A stretch of DNA of 48,240 bases, taken from assembly GCA_905233835.1 (NCBI GenBank), contig CAJOGB010000001.1:1-48240 (forward strand), in the 5' to 3' direction. A model generated the notes under the pieces. It made no database searches. It saw only the letters and a list, made by a program, of their open reading frames with translations, and was not told the DNA's origin. This DNA comes from an uncultured Lachnospiraceae bacterium (GTDB lineage Bacteria > Bacillota > Clostridia > Lachnospirales > Lachnospiraceae). Shown piece after piece: positions 1 to 10,636 of the stretch (position 1 is its first letter; each line of letters opens with the position of its first letter). Made by a program: the position numbers and the translations under genes.

Positions 1-90
<90 letters not shown>

Positions 91-280
91 AAGGTTTGAA
101 CTCTTCACTCTTCTGGATGAAAGCTAAGCTTTCATTACTTGAGTTAAGTTCGATTTAAAAATTAATTGACAGGAACTTTTCTTATTAAGAAAGTTCCGAT
201 TGTTTCGAATCTTTCAAGGTTGTTTCACTATTCAATTATCAAGGTTCTTATGTGTTGCTCTTTCAAGCGACAACTCTGAT

Positions 281-309
281 AGATTATCACTTCGTTGCTT
301 GCTTGTCAA
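281..309 (-). promoter_or_regulatory. Candidate sigma-A promoter (proximal) for the rRNA operon
   Basis: On the minus strand there is a perfect -35 TTGACA (309..304). GATAAT follows at 288..283, or a TG-extended TAATCT at 286..281. The spacer is 15-17 nt depending on which -10 is used. It lies just downstream of the terminator of the preceding gene and about 200 nt upstream of the 16S 5' end. Confidence 0.4.
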
Positions 310-319
310 CAACTTTTTT

Positions 320-360
320 CAAAAAAATTTCGCACACCGCGTTTCTTGCGGGTGCGAAAA
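320..360 (-). terminator. Rho-independent terminator-like hairpin downstream of the cvpA-like gene
   Basis: The minus strand reads TTTCGCACCCGC-AAGAAAC-GCGGTGTGCGAAA followed by TTTTTTT. That is a GC-rich stem with one bulge, a 7-nt loop and a 7-U tract. Confidence 0.6.
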
Positions 361-362
361 AT

Positions 363-391
363 ATAATAGCAAATGGACTATACTCTGTCAA
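363..391 (-). promoter_or_regulatory. Near-consensus sigma-A promoter (distal), function unclear
   Basis: The minus strand has TTGACA (391..386), a 17-nt spacer ending in TGC (extended -10), then TATTAT (368..363). The predicted start site falls inside the 5' arm of the hairpin at 320-360. Confidence 0.4.
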
Positions 392-444
392 CAATATTTT
401 ATGTGAAAATATTGTGTTTTTTTACGGTTGTCTAGATGTAGTTC

Positions 445-1164
445 CTATGAGAAAAACGACCTCAAAATATTGTTATTATATAAATATAGAAGAAACTCAT
501 TTTCCTCAATCTGAGATCCCACCAACTGACCCAATGCCGTGCCCGGAATCAAAGATATTATATAAAAGAAAACATAGACCACCAAAAAGCCTTCGCAAAT
601 TCCAAAAAGCATACCCAAAAATCGGCTGACATTTCCGATGACAGGCGCATGATTTAAAAACTGAATAATGGTCCAGGCCAAGGATATAATCAATAGGACA
701 ATCACGATGGAAAGAACAGTAGCCAGGGCATGAATGATATAGCCGGTAATGACAACAGCCGCTTCGCTGATCACTTCCGCCTTTTTCTCCTCAATCATTT
801 CTTCCGTTTGATGCGTAAGTTCCTGCAGCTTGTCCTCGCTTTTAATAAGCTCCTGCAGTTTCTTTACAAACTCATCGGTTTCTTCTCCTCCGGCTTCCCG
901 GGATATCTCTTCCTCTGCCTTCTCCTCGGATTTCTCTACCTTTTTGTTTAAACTCTTTTCCACATGCTCGCCGATGGTCTGCACCACTTCCGGAGAGTTT
1001 AGCAGGTTTTGTTCAATCACAGGGGTGGCTTCACCGATGAAATAGATCGCAAAAATCCATGCAACGATCCCAAAGATGATTCCGATAAGTCCACGGTTGT
1101 ATCCCTTCCATATAAAAACAATGATGCAGGCAATAACGATAAAAAACAATGCGTTATAGGTCAT
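445..1164 (-). CDS. CvpA-family (colicin V production-like) membrane protein with an inserted acidic coiled-coil segment
   Basis: 239-aa ORF. The N-terminus FFIVIACIIVFIWKGYNRGLIGIIFGIVAWIFAIY matches the CvpA pattern as I remember it. It has several TM helices at both ends and an E/K-rich middle. Confidence 0.55.
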   Translation of the reverse strand: MTYNALFFIVIACIIVFIWKGYNRGLIGIIFGIVAWIFAIYFIGEATPVIEQNLLNSPEVVQTIGEHVEKSLNKKVEKSEEKAEEEISREAGGEETDEFVKKLQELIKSEDKLQELTHQTEEMIEEKKAEVISEAAVVITGYIIHALATVLSIVIVLLIISLAWTIIQFLNHAPVIGNVSRFLGMLFGICEGFLVVYVFFYIISLIPGTALGQLVGSQIEENEFLLYLYNNNILRSFFS

Positions 1165-1165
1165 A

Positions 1166-2311
1166 TTACTTCAACCGAATCCTTTCCACGTTTCCCTTTT
1201 CGATTACGATATAGGTACGATAACTCTCCCAAGGAATCAAATCCACGATTCCGTTGGAAAAATCATATACAAACTTATTTACGCCCAGCGAAGTGTAAAT
1301 GCTGACATTTTCTCCGTCGGTTAACATAACCTCATTGGCCTTTGAAATACTTACCTTCGTAAATACTTCCTCAATCTGCTTTTCAAAGCGACGACTCATG
1401 GACATGTTATAAAGGCTTAAGGTATTTTGTCCGTTTTCATCCGCGGTGATAAATCCAAAATAATTATCATTATGGAAGATACTCTTCATTTCCTTTGAAA
1501 CAAAAAGTTCTTTTTTGATCTTCGGTTCTTTTGCGTTGGAATACACCACGATCTCCGAATCACCGAAGGCGATGGCTTCATCCTTTGCCACAAAATCCAC
1601 TTCCGGAATCACCATATTGGAATAGGAAAATTTTCCTACGATGTGATCGTCCTTTTTCTCGCCGGCCACACCGAAGTCATAGAACAACACGGTACTCTTT
1701 ACGTCCCCATCCGTAAGGTTGGTAAGGGACACCACCAGTCGGTCTCCCGACGAAGAAATGGCCACCGACATGGGATAGCCCGTGTTTTTGGTATGTAACT
1801 CTCCGGACGCTAAAGTGGCGCCTTCACTGTTATAAAGATTCAAATATCCCGTATCTTTATTTTGCATGAGCACAACTACATTTCCGTTAGAGGCCACATC
1901 CGCATCTATAATGGGAAGGTTCGTGGAAAGCTTTCCTTCGTTTCCGGCGGCGGTCTCCACAAAAACTCGGCTTCCGCTTTTGTCGTAAATCAAAAGTTTT
2001 CCCTCGCAGATTTTAATCTGGGGATTTGTCATCTCATAGGTTTCGTTCCAAATCAGATTTCCGTCGTAGTCGGTATAAAAGGCGCCGTCTCTTCCGTATG
2101 CCAAAAGGTTATCCATAAAATCCGCATAGTGGGTCTGCTCCGCATCCTTTCTTTCAAAGGAAGAGGAAACCTCAAAGGCGTCGAAGGTCACCAAGGTTCG
2201 GTACAACATATAGCCGCCCAAAAGCACCAAAAGAAAAACACCGAAGAAGATCTTTCGTGCTCTGGGAGATAGGGGCTCATTTATTTTTTCAAAGGTTTTC
2301 AGTTCATCCAT
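1166..2311 (-). CDS. Hypothetical membrane-anchored protein (single N-terminal TM, beta-rich ectodomain; resembles DUF5711-type proteins from memory)
   Basis: 381-aa ORF abutting the cvpA-like start. The TM helix is IFFGVFLLVLLGGYMLY, followed by repetitive beta-strand-like segments. No catalytic motif recognised. Confidence 0.5.
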   Translation of the reverse strand: MDELKTFEKINEPLSPRARKIFFGVFLLVLLGGYMLYRTLVTFDAFEVSSSFERKDAEQTHYADFMDNLLAYGRDGAFYTDYDGNLIWNETYEMTNPQIKICEGKLLIYDKSGSRVFVETAAGNEGKLSTNLPIIDADVASNGNVVVLMQNKDTGYLNLYNSEGATLASGELHTKNTGYPMSVAISSSGDRLVVSLTNLTDGDVKSTVLFYDFGVAGEKKDDHIVGKFSYSNMVIPEVDFVAKDEAIAFGDSEIVVYSNAKEPKIKKELFVSKEMKSIFHNDNYFGFITADENGQNTLSLYNMSMSRRFEKQIEEVFTKVSISKANEVMLTDGENVSIYTSLGVNKFVYDFSNGIVDLIPWESYRTYIVIEKGNVERIRLK

Positions 2312-2361
2312 AAATTTTCAAAAAAACAGAGGACTTAAAAGCTTTAAGCCCTCTTTTCTTT

Positions 2362-4260
2362 CTAATAAGTAAATACTGCCACACCGTATGCCGGCAAAGG
2401 ATACGCGATGGAATATGCTTTTCCGTCACACTCACGCTGCTCCGCGGTGTAGTTAACGGGACGTTTGCTTTCCGTTCCGCCGAAACGAACGTCCTCACTG
2501 TTTAAGATCAGTTTATACTTCTTATTCTCCGGCACGCCCACGCGGTAATCATCGTAAGCCATAGGAGTAAAGTTTACCACAAACAAAAGGTTTTTCTTCT
2601 CGGAAAATCCTTTTCTTACAAAACTGAAAATACTGCGATAGCTGTCATTGGCGTTAATCCACTCAAAGCCGTTCCAGTTAATATCCTGCTCATACATAGC
2701 CGGATACTTACGATACAAATGAAGAAGTTCCTTCATCCATTCGTTGATAGCCTTGTTATTCGGATTCTCCAAAAGGTACCAATCCAACTCTCGCTTTTCA
2801 CTCCACTCCTGATACTGAGCAAAGTCCTGACCCATGAAAAGTAACTTCTTTCCCGGGTGGCCCATCATAAAGGCATAGCCGGCTTTTAAGTTCTTAAACT
2901 TATCGCCTTCAAGACCCGGCATTTTATTAATCATGGAGCATTTCAAATGTACCACTTCGTCATGGGATAACACGAGAATGTATTTTTCAAACTCGTTGTA
3001 ACTCATGGCAAAGGTCATCTTATTATGATTATCTTTTCTGAAGTAAGGATCCAACTTCATGTAATCCAAGAAGTCATGCATCCATCCCATGTTCCACTTA
3101 TAGGAGAAATTTAATCCGTCGTCTTCCACGGAACCGGTCACCTTCGGCCAAGCAGTGGATTCTTCCGCGATCATTACCACACCCTTATAGCGTCCTGTAA
3201 TTAACGTATTGATATGCTTAAAGAACTCAATGGCCTCTAAGTTTTCATTTCCGCCGTACTTGTTTGCTACCCACTGACCGTCTTCTTTTCCGTAGTCAAG
3301 GTAGAGCATGGATGCCACCGCATCCACACGAAGTCCATCGATATGATAGGTCTCCACCCAATTGATGGCGGAACCGATAAGGAAGTTCTTTACTTCGTTT
3401 TTACCGTAATCAAAAATCTTGGTTCCCCAATCCGGGTGCTCGCCCTTCTTCGGATCCGCATATTCAAACAATGCCTCTCCGTCAAAATTGGCAAGTCCGT
3501 GAGCATCCTTCGGGAAGTGGGCGGGTACCCAATCCAGAATGACACCGATGCCTTTTTTATGCAAGTAATTTACTAAATACATAAAGTCTTTTGGTGAACC
3601 GTAGCGGGAAGTAGGTGCATAATAACCGGTTACCTGATAGCCCCAGGAACCGTCGAAAGGATACTCGGAGATTCCCATTAACTCTACGTGGGTATATCCC
3701 ATTTCCACCACATAATCCGCAAGAGCCTTTGCAAATTCCTTATAGGAATAGAAGCCGTCGTCCTCACGTCCCGGATGACGCTTCCAGGAACCCGGATGCA
3801 CTTCATAGATAGACATGGGCTGCTCCCAATAATTATCTACGGCAGCTCTCTTTTTCATCCAAGTGCCATCGGTCCAATTAAATCCGTCGGTAAATGCAAT
3901 ACGGGATGCAGTCTCCGGTCGAAGCTCCGCCATGTTTGCAAAGGGATCTGCTTTATACAAACGATCTCCGCTTCCTGTGTAGATTAAGAACTTATATAAG
4001 TCCCCTTCTTTTGCTTCCGGAATAAAGGTTTCATAAATTCCCATTTCATAAGGGGCCACCCGCTCCATCATATGAGACGCTTCATTCCAGTCGTTGAATT
4101 CACCTATAACTGCGACTGCCTGAGCATGAGGTGCCCAAACATCAAATACGATTCCATCCACACCGTCCACGGTCATAGGATGGGCTCCCATTTTTTTGAA
4201 GATATCGTAATGTGTCGCCTGACCAAATAAATAGCTGTCAAGTTCGGTAAAATTACTCAT
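2362..4260 (-). CDS. glgB: 1,4-alpha-glucan branching enzyme
   Basis: 632 aa. GH13 motifs are visible: DWVPAHF, GLRVDAVASMLY, MIAEESTAWP, VLSHDEVVH. Length and N-terminal CBM48-like region are typical of Firmicute GlgB. Confidence 0.9.
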   Translation of the reverse strand: MSNFTELDSYLFGQATHYDIFKKMGAHPMTVDGVDGIVFDVWAPHAQAVAVIGEFNDWNEASHMMERVAPYEMGIYETFIPEAKEGDLYKFLIYTGSGDRLYKADPFANMAELRPETASRIAFTDGFNWTDGTWMKKRAAVDNYWEQPMSIYEVHPGSWKRHPGREDDGFYSYKEFAKALADYVVEMGYTHVELMGISEYPFDGSWGYQVTGYYAPTSRYGSPKDFMYLVNYLHKKGIGVILDWVPAHFPKDAHGLANFDGEALFEYADPKKGEHPDWGTKIFDYGKNEVKNFLIGSAINWVETYHIDGLRVDAVASMLYLDYGKEDGQWVANKYGGNENLEAIEFFKHINTLITGRYKGVVMIAEESTAWPKVTGSVEDDGLNFSYKWNMGWMHDFLDYMKLDPYFRKDNHNKMTFAMSYNEFEKYILVLSHDEVVHLKCSMINKMPGLEGDKFKNLKAGYAFMMGHPGKKLLFMGQDFAQYQEWSEKRELDWYLLENPNNKAINEWMKELLHLYRKYPAMYEQDINWNGFEWINANDSYRSIFSFVRKGFSEKKNLLFVVNFTPMAYDDYRVGVPENKKYKLILNSEDVRFGGTESKRPVNYTAEQRECDGKAYSIAYPLPAYGVAVFTY

Positions 4261-4275
4261 GTGTTACTCTCCCTC

Positions 4276-6911
4276 TTATTCGTCCTGAAAATCCTTTTCC
4301 TGAAGGATTAGGTTTCCTTCGTCATCATAATGCTTAGATCCCAGTCTTCCGAAGAATCCTCCCAGACCTCCGCGTTCCGCATGGTCGATGGCCTCGTCCA
4401 CGATCTCCTTTACACCGGTGACATAAACCGGCTGATCCGGACGGAATTTGATATTGATGCGATCGTAAAGTGCAAGCACACCCATCTCATCAATGTTATA
4501 TCCAAGCTCTAAGGCATAAATCTTTCCGAAGTTTACAAGCTCATCTATGGTAAGTACCGGAATATTGATTCGTTCCGTAAACTTCTTTGCAAAAGAGGCA
4601 TTGGACTGAAGCAACTGCTGAAGATTTTCTTTGGTATCCTCAAGCACAACGATGATTCCCGTATTATCACTTTCCATAAGGATGGATAAGGTAACCGCGC
4701 TTTCGGAAGAAATCTGTCCCGCTTTTTCAATGATCAAACATCCTCCCGCAACTGCCGAAAACAATTGCTTGATGTCCTTTTCATTTAAGCGCTTTCCGTC
4801 AATCTTTCCGATATTTCCCGTTGGCTTTCCGGTCTGCTCCTGCAATACCTTAATGATATTGGTGGCAAGGGTTGTCTTTCCGCTACCCACACCACCTTGA
4901 ATGGCGATGTTTCCGTTCTTTGCGGTATTAGGCTCATTTACTTTTGCACGAAGTCCACTTAAGGCACGGCAAAGACTTTGTTCCATACCTGCAATGGGAA
5001 TAAAGTAAGAAAAGATTGCCTTTTCTTCTTCCGTAAGCTCCGTCGGTGAAGTAGTATCCTTTACCGGTTCCTCTACCTGTTCCTCTACCTGTGGTTTCTC
5101 CACCACGATATCCGGAGCCAGTTTTCCAAGATCGATGGTGCTTCCGTTATAAATCGCTTCTTCCTCGGCTTTTTGTTCCTCGGTAAGTTCGTGTTTTTCT
5201 TCTTCCTCGTCTTCCATTAATTCCGCGATGGAATCCGCAAGACGCATTTCGGAATCCAACTCTTCTTCGGAGCGCTCCGGTTCTTTTACCGGCTCCTCAG
5301 ATACCTCTTCGGGCTCCTCATCTAATACGTCGTCTATTGCAATCGGCGGAAGTTCCTCTTCCGGTTCTTCTTTTTCTTCTACAACCGGTTCCAAAACCAC
5401 TTCAGGCTCAACCTCTTTCTTCTCTTCCAATGTCGGAGGCGTCCAGGTCGGTGCCGACCTATCGTCATGGGATACGTTTGGCGTAGGAACCTCAGGTACC
5501 GGTACTCCCGTTACGGGAACCGCAGCGGCTGCTACCACAGGAATCTCAAGACCGACTCCTGCTTCCTCGCCGTCCGGCTGAATTTTTGGAATGGTAAAGG
5601 TGCGGTTTTCTTTTAAAGCTTTCTTTTCTTCGGATTTCTCTTCGGAAGCAAGCGGTGTCTCTGCAGGTTTTTCAACCGGCTTCTCCTCTACAGGGGTCTC
5701 CTTAGATAAGTATTCTTCCTTCAAAAGTTCGCGTGGAGTCATACCCGCATCCAATTTCGGGGATACTTCCTCCAAGCGATCCATAATCTCATTCACCGCA
5801 GAAAGAGCGCGAGCCTTTGTCTGCTCGAAGCGACGCTGTTCTGCTTCGTCTAATGCGGCCTTTGCGGCAGCACGGGTCTTTTCCCAATTCTCCATCACTT
5901 CTTCGATGGTCATCTGGCCCTTCATCGGAGGCTCGTGATCCACTCCCTCCGGCAAAATAAAGCTTACCTGACCATCGTGGGCTTCGGTTAAATATTCCTG
6001 GAAACTCGTCTTTAATGTCTCGTCCAACTTCTTGTCTTCTTCCTTTTTCTCTTCCGGGTCCGGAAGTTCTTCTTCCTTCATATGAAGGTAGGGAATATCC
6101 TCCACCAATCCCTTGATGGCTTCCAAATTTTCATCGATCTCGGCAGACTCGGTAGCCTGCATGATTTCTTCAATATTTCTCTGAATCTCAGCCTGAAGAT
6201 TTACGGTGTTAAACTTATCGTTTGACACTTCCACTTCCGGAATCTGAATGACCTTATGTAAGATCTCGTTATTTCCGGCTTCTTCTCCCGGGTGAATCTC
6301 GGTGATTCCGTCCTTCCTCTGTTGAATGAGGCGATACTTATCTTCCTGGTTTTTATCTAAGGGATGATAGAGCATCTTTAACTCCAAGGCACGCTCCACA
6401 TACGGGCCGTCACCGAACCAAAGAATAATCTCGTCACAAAGATCGATACATTTATCCACCAATCCCGCTTTATGATAAAGTCTGGCCAGCTCATAGGCCC
6501 ACTCTTCCGTAAAGTCGGAGGCTTTTAACTCTTCCAATACGGAAATCAAGGTGTCCGTATCCGCACCCTTCGCACGATTGATTTCATAGCGAATGATGTA
6601 TTTCATGCTGTCATGAGGTGCGATTTCCACAAACTCGTCATAGTAGTCTTTGGCGGCATCGAGGTTTCCGAGTTTGACGGCAATCATGGCAAGACGAAAG
6701 ATGATCATGCGTCCGATTGGAGAGCGCTCATGACCAAGTTCCAATAAATCTTTTGCTTCCTCAAGTTCCCCGCAGGCTTCAGAATATTTACGTTGGGAAC
6801 CTTTTTCCAGTTTTCACTGCGAAGAAGTTCCAGCGCATCTTCTTTTTTCTCCTGATTTAAAAGTTTTTTAATCTCGTCGAGTTTTGCCTTGTATTCGTTA
6901 CGATCCACCAT
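4276..6911 (-). CDS. TPR / long acidic Pro-Glu-Lys linker / AAA+ (P-loop GGVGSGKTT) protein, apparently split by a frameshift near 6745-6813
   Basis: The 822-aa ORF (4276..6744) begins at a TTG, and its frame stays open upstream to a TGA at 6814-6816. A 68-aa ATG-initiated ORF (6705..6911) in another frame looks like the true N-terminus. Its sequence MVDRNEYKAKLDEIKKLL...NWKKVPNVNIL runs into TPR-like sequence. Confidence 0.6.
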
Positions 6912-6953
6912 TTCACCTCAGCTGAATACATTTTATTTTTCAAGTGTAGCACA

Positions 6954-8297
6954 CTATTTTTCTTTTTTCTTTAAGAATTTCGGGGTCTTTGCACTTCTGC
7001 GTGCCGCTTCTTTTTCCGGATCCTTCGGAACGAGAGCGTGGGTTTCTTCATCCACATGATCGATGTCCACATATTCATCCGTACCCACGGGGAGTTGTCG
7101 CTTTAGCAAAAGATATCTGGAGATTCTTCCGCAGATATAATAAATCACCGCCATGGTAGGAACACCTAAAAGCATTCCCATAAATCCGAACAAGTATCCG
7201 CCCACTACAATGGCAAGCACCACCCAAAAGGAAGAAATACCGGTAGAGTCTCCCAAGATCTTCGGACCGATTAAGTTTCCGTCAATCTGCTGGAGAATCA
7301 ACACAAAGATTAAGAAGTAAATTCCCATCTTCGGCTCGGTTAAGAAAATAATGATTACCGTCGGCACCGCTCCGATGTAAGGACCGAATACCGGGATAAT
7401 GTTGGTAACACCGATAATTACGGAAGTTAAAATCGGATAAGGCATGTGTACGATAGACATAAACACATAGCAGATCACTCCGATGATGGCGGAGTCGATG
7501 ATCTTTCCGATGATGAATCCGTAGAAAATATCGTTGGTCTTACGAACCACTTCCATTACCACGTTGGCATATTTAACACGGAAAATTCCGTAGATTAACT
7601 TTTTAATCTGTCCCTTAAACTTTTCCTTCTCCAAAAGAACGTATACGGAAACAAAGATACCGATGATGATATTAATCACCGTGCGAACGATTCCGTAACC
7701 GAAGGAGGTAGCCACTTTAATCAACTTATCCTGATCTTCCAAATCCAGATAAGTTCTTGCATAATTAATGGCCCATTCGATTCCCGCAAAAATCTTCTCG
7801 TCGTTTTTGGCACCCATAATCTCGGTTTCCCAACGACCGCGGGTAACTTCATTTGCCCAATCCAAAACTCCGTAAATCTGCTCAATCAAATGATTGGACA
7901 AGTAGGTAACCGTAGAAATAAACTCCGGAACCACCGCGGAGAAAAATGCGATGATGATGCCCCATAAAATCACAAGTGCGATTAAGGTGGCAATCAGTCG
8001 CACATGTTTTCTGACCTTTTTCTCATCCTTTGCCTTCTTTAAAAAGAAAGGCAAAAACTTTCCTTCGAAAAACATCATCATGGGATTCATCAAAAAGGCC
8101 ATGACAAGTCCGAGGATGATTGGAACGAAGGCCATTACCACATGATCGATCCCGCTCTTTAAAAGGGCATAACGCTTCACGCCGAAATAGAAAAGAATGA
8201 TTCCGGCAGCGGCTACGATGGCCACGATGGCCAGCGGCAAAAAGCGTTTTACCATGCGATGCGTATATTCTCTGTTGTACTTTTCTTCTTTGTTCAA
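6954..8297 (-). CDS. AI-2E family (PerM-like) transporter
   Basis: 447 aa with about 8 TM helices. The characteristic segment is NIIPVFGPYIGAVPTVIIIF ... LGVPTMAVI. Confidence 0.8.
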   Translation of the reverse strand: MNKEEKYNREYTHRMVKRFLPLAIVAIVAAAGIILFYFGVKRYALLKSGIDHVVMAFVPIILGLVMAFLMNPMMMFFEGKFLPFFLKKAKDEKKVRKHVRLIATLIALVILWGIIIAFFSAVVPEFISTVTYLSNHLIEQIYGVLDWANEVTRGRWETEIMGAKNDEKIFAGIEWAINYARTYLDLEDQDKLIKVATSFGYGIVRTVINIIIGIFVSVYVLLEKEKFKGQIKKLIYGIFRVKYANVVMEVVRKTNDIFYGFIIGKIIDSAIIGVICYVFMSIVHMPYPILTSVIIGVTNIIPVFGPYIGAVPTVIIIFLTEPKMGIYFLIFVLILQQIDGNLIGPKILGDSTGISSFWVVLAIVVGGYLFGFMGMLLGVPTMAVIYYICGRISRYLLLKRQLPVGTDEYVDIDHVDEETHALVPKDPEKEAARRSAKTPKFLKKKEK

Positions 8298-8315
8298 ATC
8301 TTCTCTCCCGTGAAA

Positions 8316-10604
8316 CTACTGCGCTTTATAGTAGTTAATGAGGCAACCCTTCTCGATGATTTCTCTCTCATCGTCGGTAAGTTCCCCAAGTTTTAACTCA
8401 AATTCTTTTAATGCATCGTCCTTTACCACATATGCTTTAATCACCGATTTTTTCTCTGCAACTGCATCGTAAATATCCGGGATAAACAAGTAATCTCCGT
8501 TTGTAAAAGGAAGATCTCCTTCCTCAATTACAAAAGGAAGCATACCCCAGTTAATCAAGTTGGAACGATAACGCTTGGTGGCATACTCGTTGGCGATGTT
8601 TGCCCAACCGCCAAGTACCTTCTGGCAGGATGCCGCCTGTTCACGAGCAGAACCGTCTCCCGGTTTTACCGCAAAGATGGTGCTTCCCACTCCGATATTC
8701 TGACGGCTGACTTCCGGGAAGTCTTCCTTCACACGTTTGATTACCGCATGAAACTCCGGAGATACTTCTCCCGGACAGGTATCGGCTTCGATTAATTTCT
8801 GAATCTTTTGTACTTCTTTGGCGCGACCCACATATTCCGGATCCTTACGAGATAGGGTAAACTCCGCAAGTCCCAAAGGATTGGAACGATAAGAAGAGGT
8901 CTCACCTGACGGAATGAGTTCGTCTGTGGTGGTAACCGGATCGTGAATCTCGGAAACTACCTTTAAGAACATGTGCTTCGGCAAAGGACTCATGGCCGGC
9001 CAGTCCTTAATGTTCGGACCAAATTTGATCTCCACATTTTCGTCTGCCACGCCCTTGGAATCAAAGACACGGTTTTCATAAATGGTCTTATCGAAGAAGT
9101 ACTTCGGTTTCGTAAAGTTCACATCCGCTTCATCCGCAGCGGTTAAGAAGCCTTTGTTTGCGGCGGTAGCCGCGATGGAACGAGCATCCATAAGTGCAAC
9201 GGAAGAAATCTGGCCGTTCTGCAACTTGGAGCCTTCGCGGTTCGGGAAGTTTCTCGTAGAATGACGAATGGAAAATCCGTTATTGGAAGGAGTATCTCCC
9301 GCTCCGAAACATGGTCCGCAAAATGCGGTTTTTACAATGGCACCGGTGGCCATCAAATCAGCAACCGCACCGTTTCTGACAAGTTCCATATAAATCGGTG
9401 TACTTGCCGGATAAACGGAAAGGGTAAACTCATCCGGGCCGATGGATGCGCCGCGTAAAATGTCGGCTGCATCACAAATATTTTCAAAACCACCGCCGGC
9501 ACATCCGGCGATAATTCCCTGATCAACATATAATTTACCGTCGCGAACCTTATCCTTTAAGGTAAAGTCCACCTGGCCGTCTAAGGATACTTTGGCACGC
9601 TTTTCGCAATCGTCCAAAATATCAAATAAGTTTTTCTTTAACTCTTCAATGGTATAGGTGTTGGAAGGATGGAAAGGCATGGCAATCATGGGCTTGATCT
9701 CGGAAAGATCGATTTCAATCATACCGTCGTAGTAAGCCACATCCCCCGGATTTAATTCCTTATACTCTTCTTTTCTGCCGTGAATCTCATAGAACTCTTC
9801 CACTTTAGCATCCGTCTTCCAAATAGAAGAAAGACAAGTGGTCTCGGTGGTCATAACATCCACTCCGATTCTAAAATCTACGGAAAGGTTTGCAACACCC
9901 GGTCCCACGAATTCCATGACTTTATTCTTTACATAGCCTTTGTCAAAGACTTCTCCGATAATGGCAAGAGCAACGTCCTGAGGACCCACACCCTTTCGCG
10001 GTGAACCCGTAAAGTAAACGCCTACCACTTCCGGCATCTTAATATCATAGGTTCTGTTTAATAACTGTTTTACAAGCTCCGGTCCGCCTTCGCCCATGGC
10101 CATGGTTCCCAACGCACCGTAACGGGTATGGGAGTCGGATCCCAAAATCATTTTTCCGCCGCCGGCAAGCATTTCACGAGCGAACTGGTGAATAACTGCC
10201 TGATGAGGCGGTACATAAATTCCACCGTATTTCTTTGCGCAGGTAAGACCAAACATGTGGTCATCTTCGTTAATGGTTCCGCCTACCGCACACAAGGAGT
10301 TATGGCAGTTGGTAAGAACGTAAGGTATCGGGAATTTGGTAAGACCCGAAGCACGTGCGGTCTGAATAATACCTACATAGGTAATGTCGTGACTGGTTAA
10401 TTTGTCAAACTTAATCTGAAGCTCTTCCATATTTCCGGAAGTGTTATGTGCTTCCAAAATAGAATACGCGATTGTATTTTTCTTCGCCTCTTCCTTGGAA
10501 ACCTGCTTTCCGGTTTTGGAAGAAATCTCATCTGTCGCATTTGCTCCGTCGGCAATAAGTTCCGTGCCGTTTAGTAAATACATTCCGGTGTTTGAAAGTT
10601 TCAT
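8316..10604 (-). CDS. Aconitase-family hydratase (probable aconitate hydratase)
   Basis: 762 aa. Fe-S ligand motifs of the aconitase/IPM isomerase family are present ([24 protein letters not shown]). A C-terminal swivel-like segment reads [43 protein letters not shown]. Confidence 0.75.
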   Translation of the reverse strand: MKLSNTGMYLLNGTELIADGANATDEISSKTGKQVSKEEAKKNTIAYSILEAHNTSGNMEELQIKFDKLTSHDITYVGIIQTARASGLTKFPIPYVLTNCHNSLCAVGGTINEDDHMFGLTCAKKYGGIYVPPHQAVIHQFAREMLAGGGKMILGSDSHTRYGALGTMAMGEGGPELVKQLLNRTYDIKMPEVVGVYFTGSPRKGVGPQDVALAIIGEVFDKGYVKNKVMEFVGPGVANLSVDFRIGVDVMTTETTCLSSIWKTDAKVEEFYEIHGRKEEYKELNPGDVAYYDGMIEIDLSEIKPMIAMPFHPSNTYTIEELKKNLFDILDDCEKRAKVSLDGQVDFTLKDKVRDGKLYVDQGIIAGCAGGGFENICDAADILRGASIGPDEFTLSVYPASTPIYMELVRNGAVADLMATGAIVKTAFCGPCFGAGDTPSNNGFSIRHSTRNFPNREGSKLQNGQISSVALMDARSIAATAANKGFLTAADEADVNFTKPKYFFDKTIYENRVFDSKGVADENVEIKFGPNIKDWPAMSPLPKHMFLKVVSEIHDPVTTTDELIPSGETSSYRSNPLGLAEFTLSRKDPEYVGRAKEVQKIQKLIEADTCPGEVSPEFHAVIKRVKEDFPEVSRQNIGVGSTIFAVKPGDGSAREQAASCQKVLGGWANIANEYATKRYRSNLINWGMLPFVIEEGDLPFTNGDYLFIPDIYDAVAEKKSVIKAYVVKDDALKEFELKLGELTDDEREIIEKGCLINYYKAQ

Positions 10605-10636
10605 ATCTTACCTCGCTAATAATTGCTTATGCGTTT

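Noticed and set aside
200-629. Plus-strand ORFs of 68 and 125 aa in the region upstream of the 16S gene
   Set aside because: They lie in the AT-rich rRNA promoter/leader and in the antisense of the cvpA-like 3' end. Their composition is non-protein-like (Cys/Phe/Leu-rich) and they have no RBS. I treated them as spurious.
5228-5938. Long Ser/Gly/Thr-rich plus-strand ORFs (117 and 115 aa)
   Set aside because: They are the antisense mirror of the Glu/Pro/Lys-rich linker of the minus-strand TPR/AAA+ gene. GAA/GAG-rich coding sequence automatically gives open Ser/Phe-rich antisense frames.
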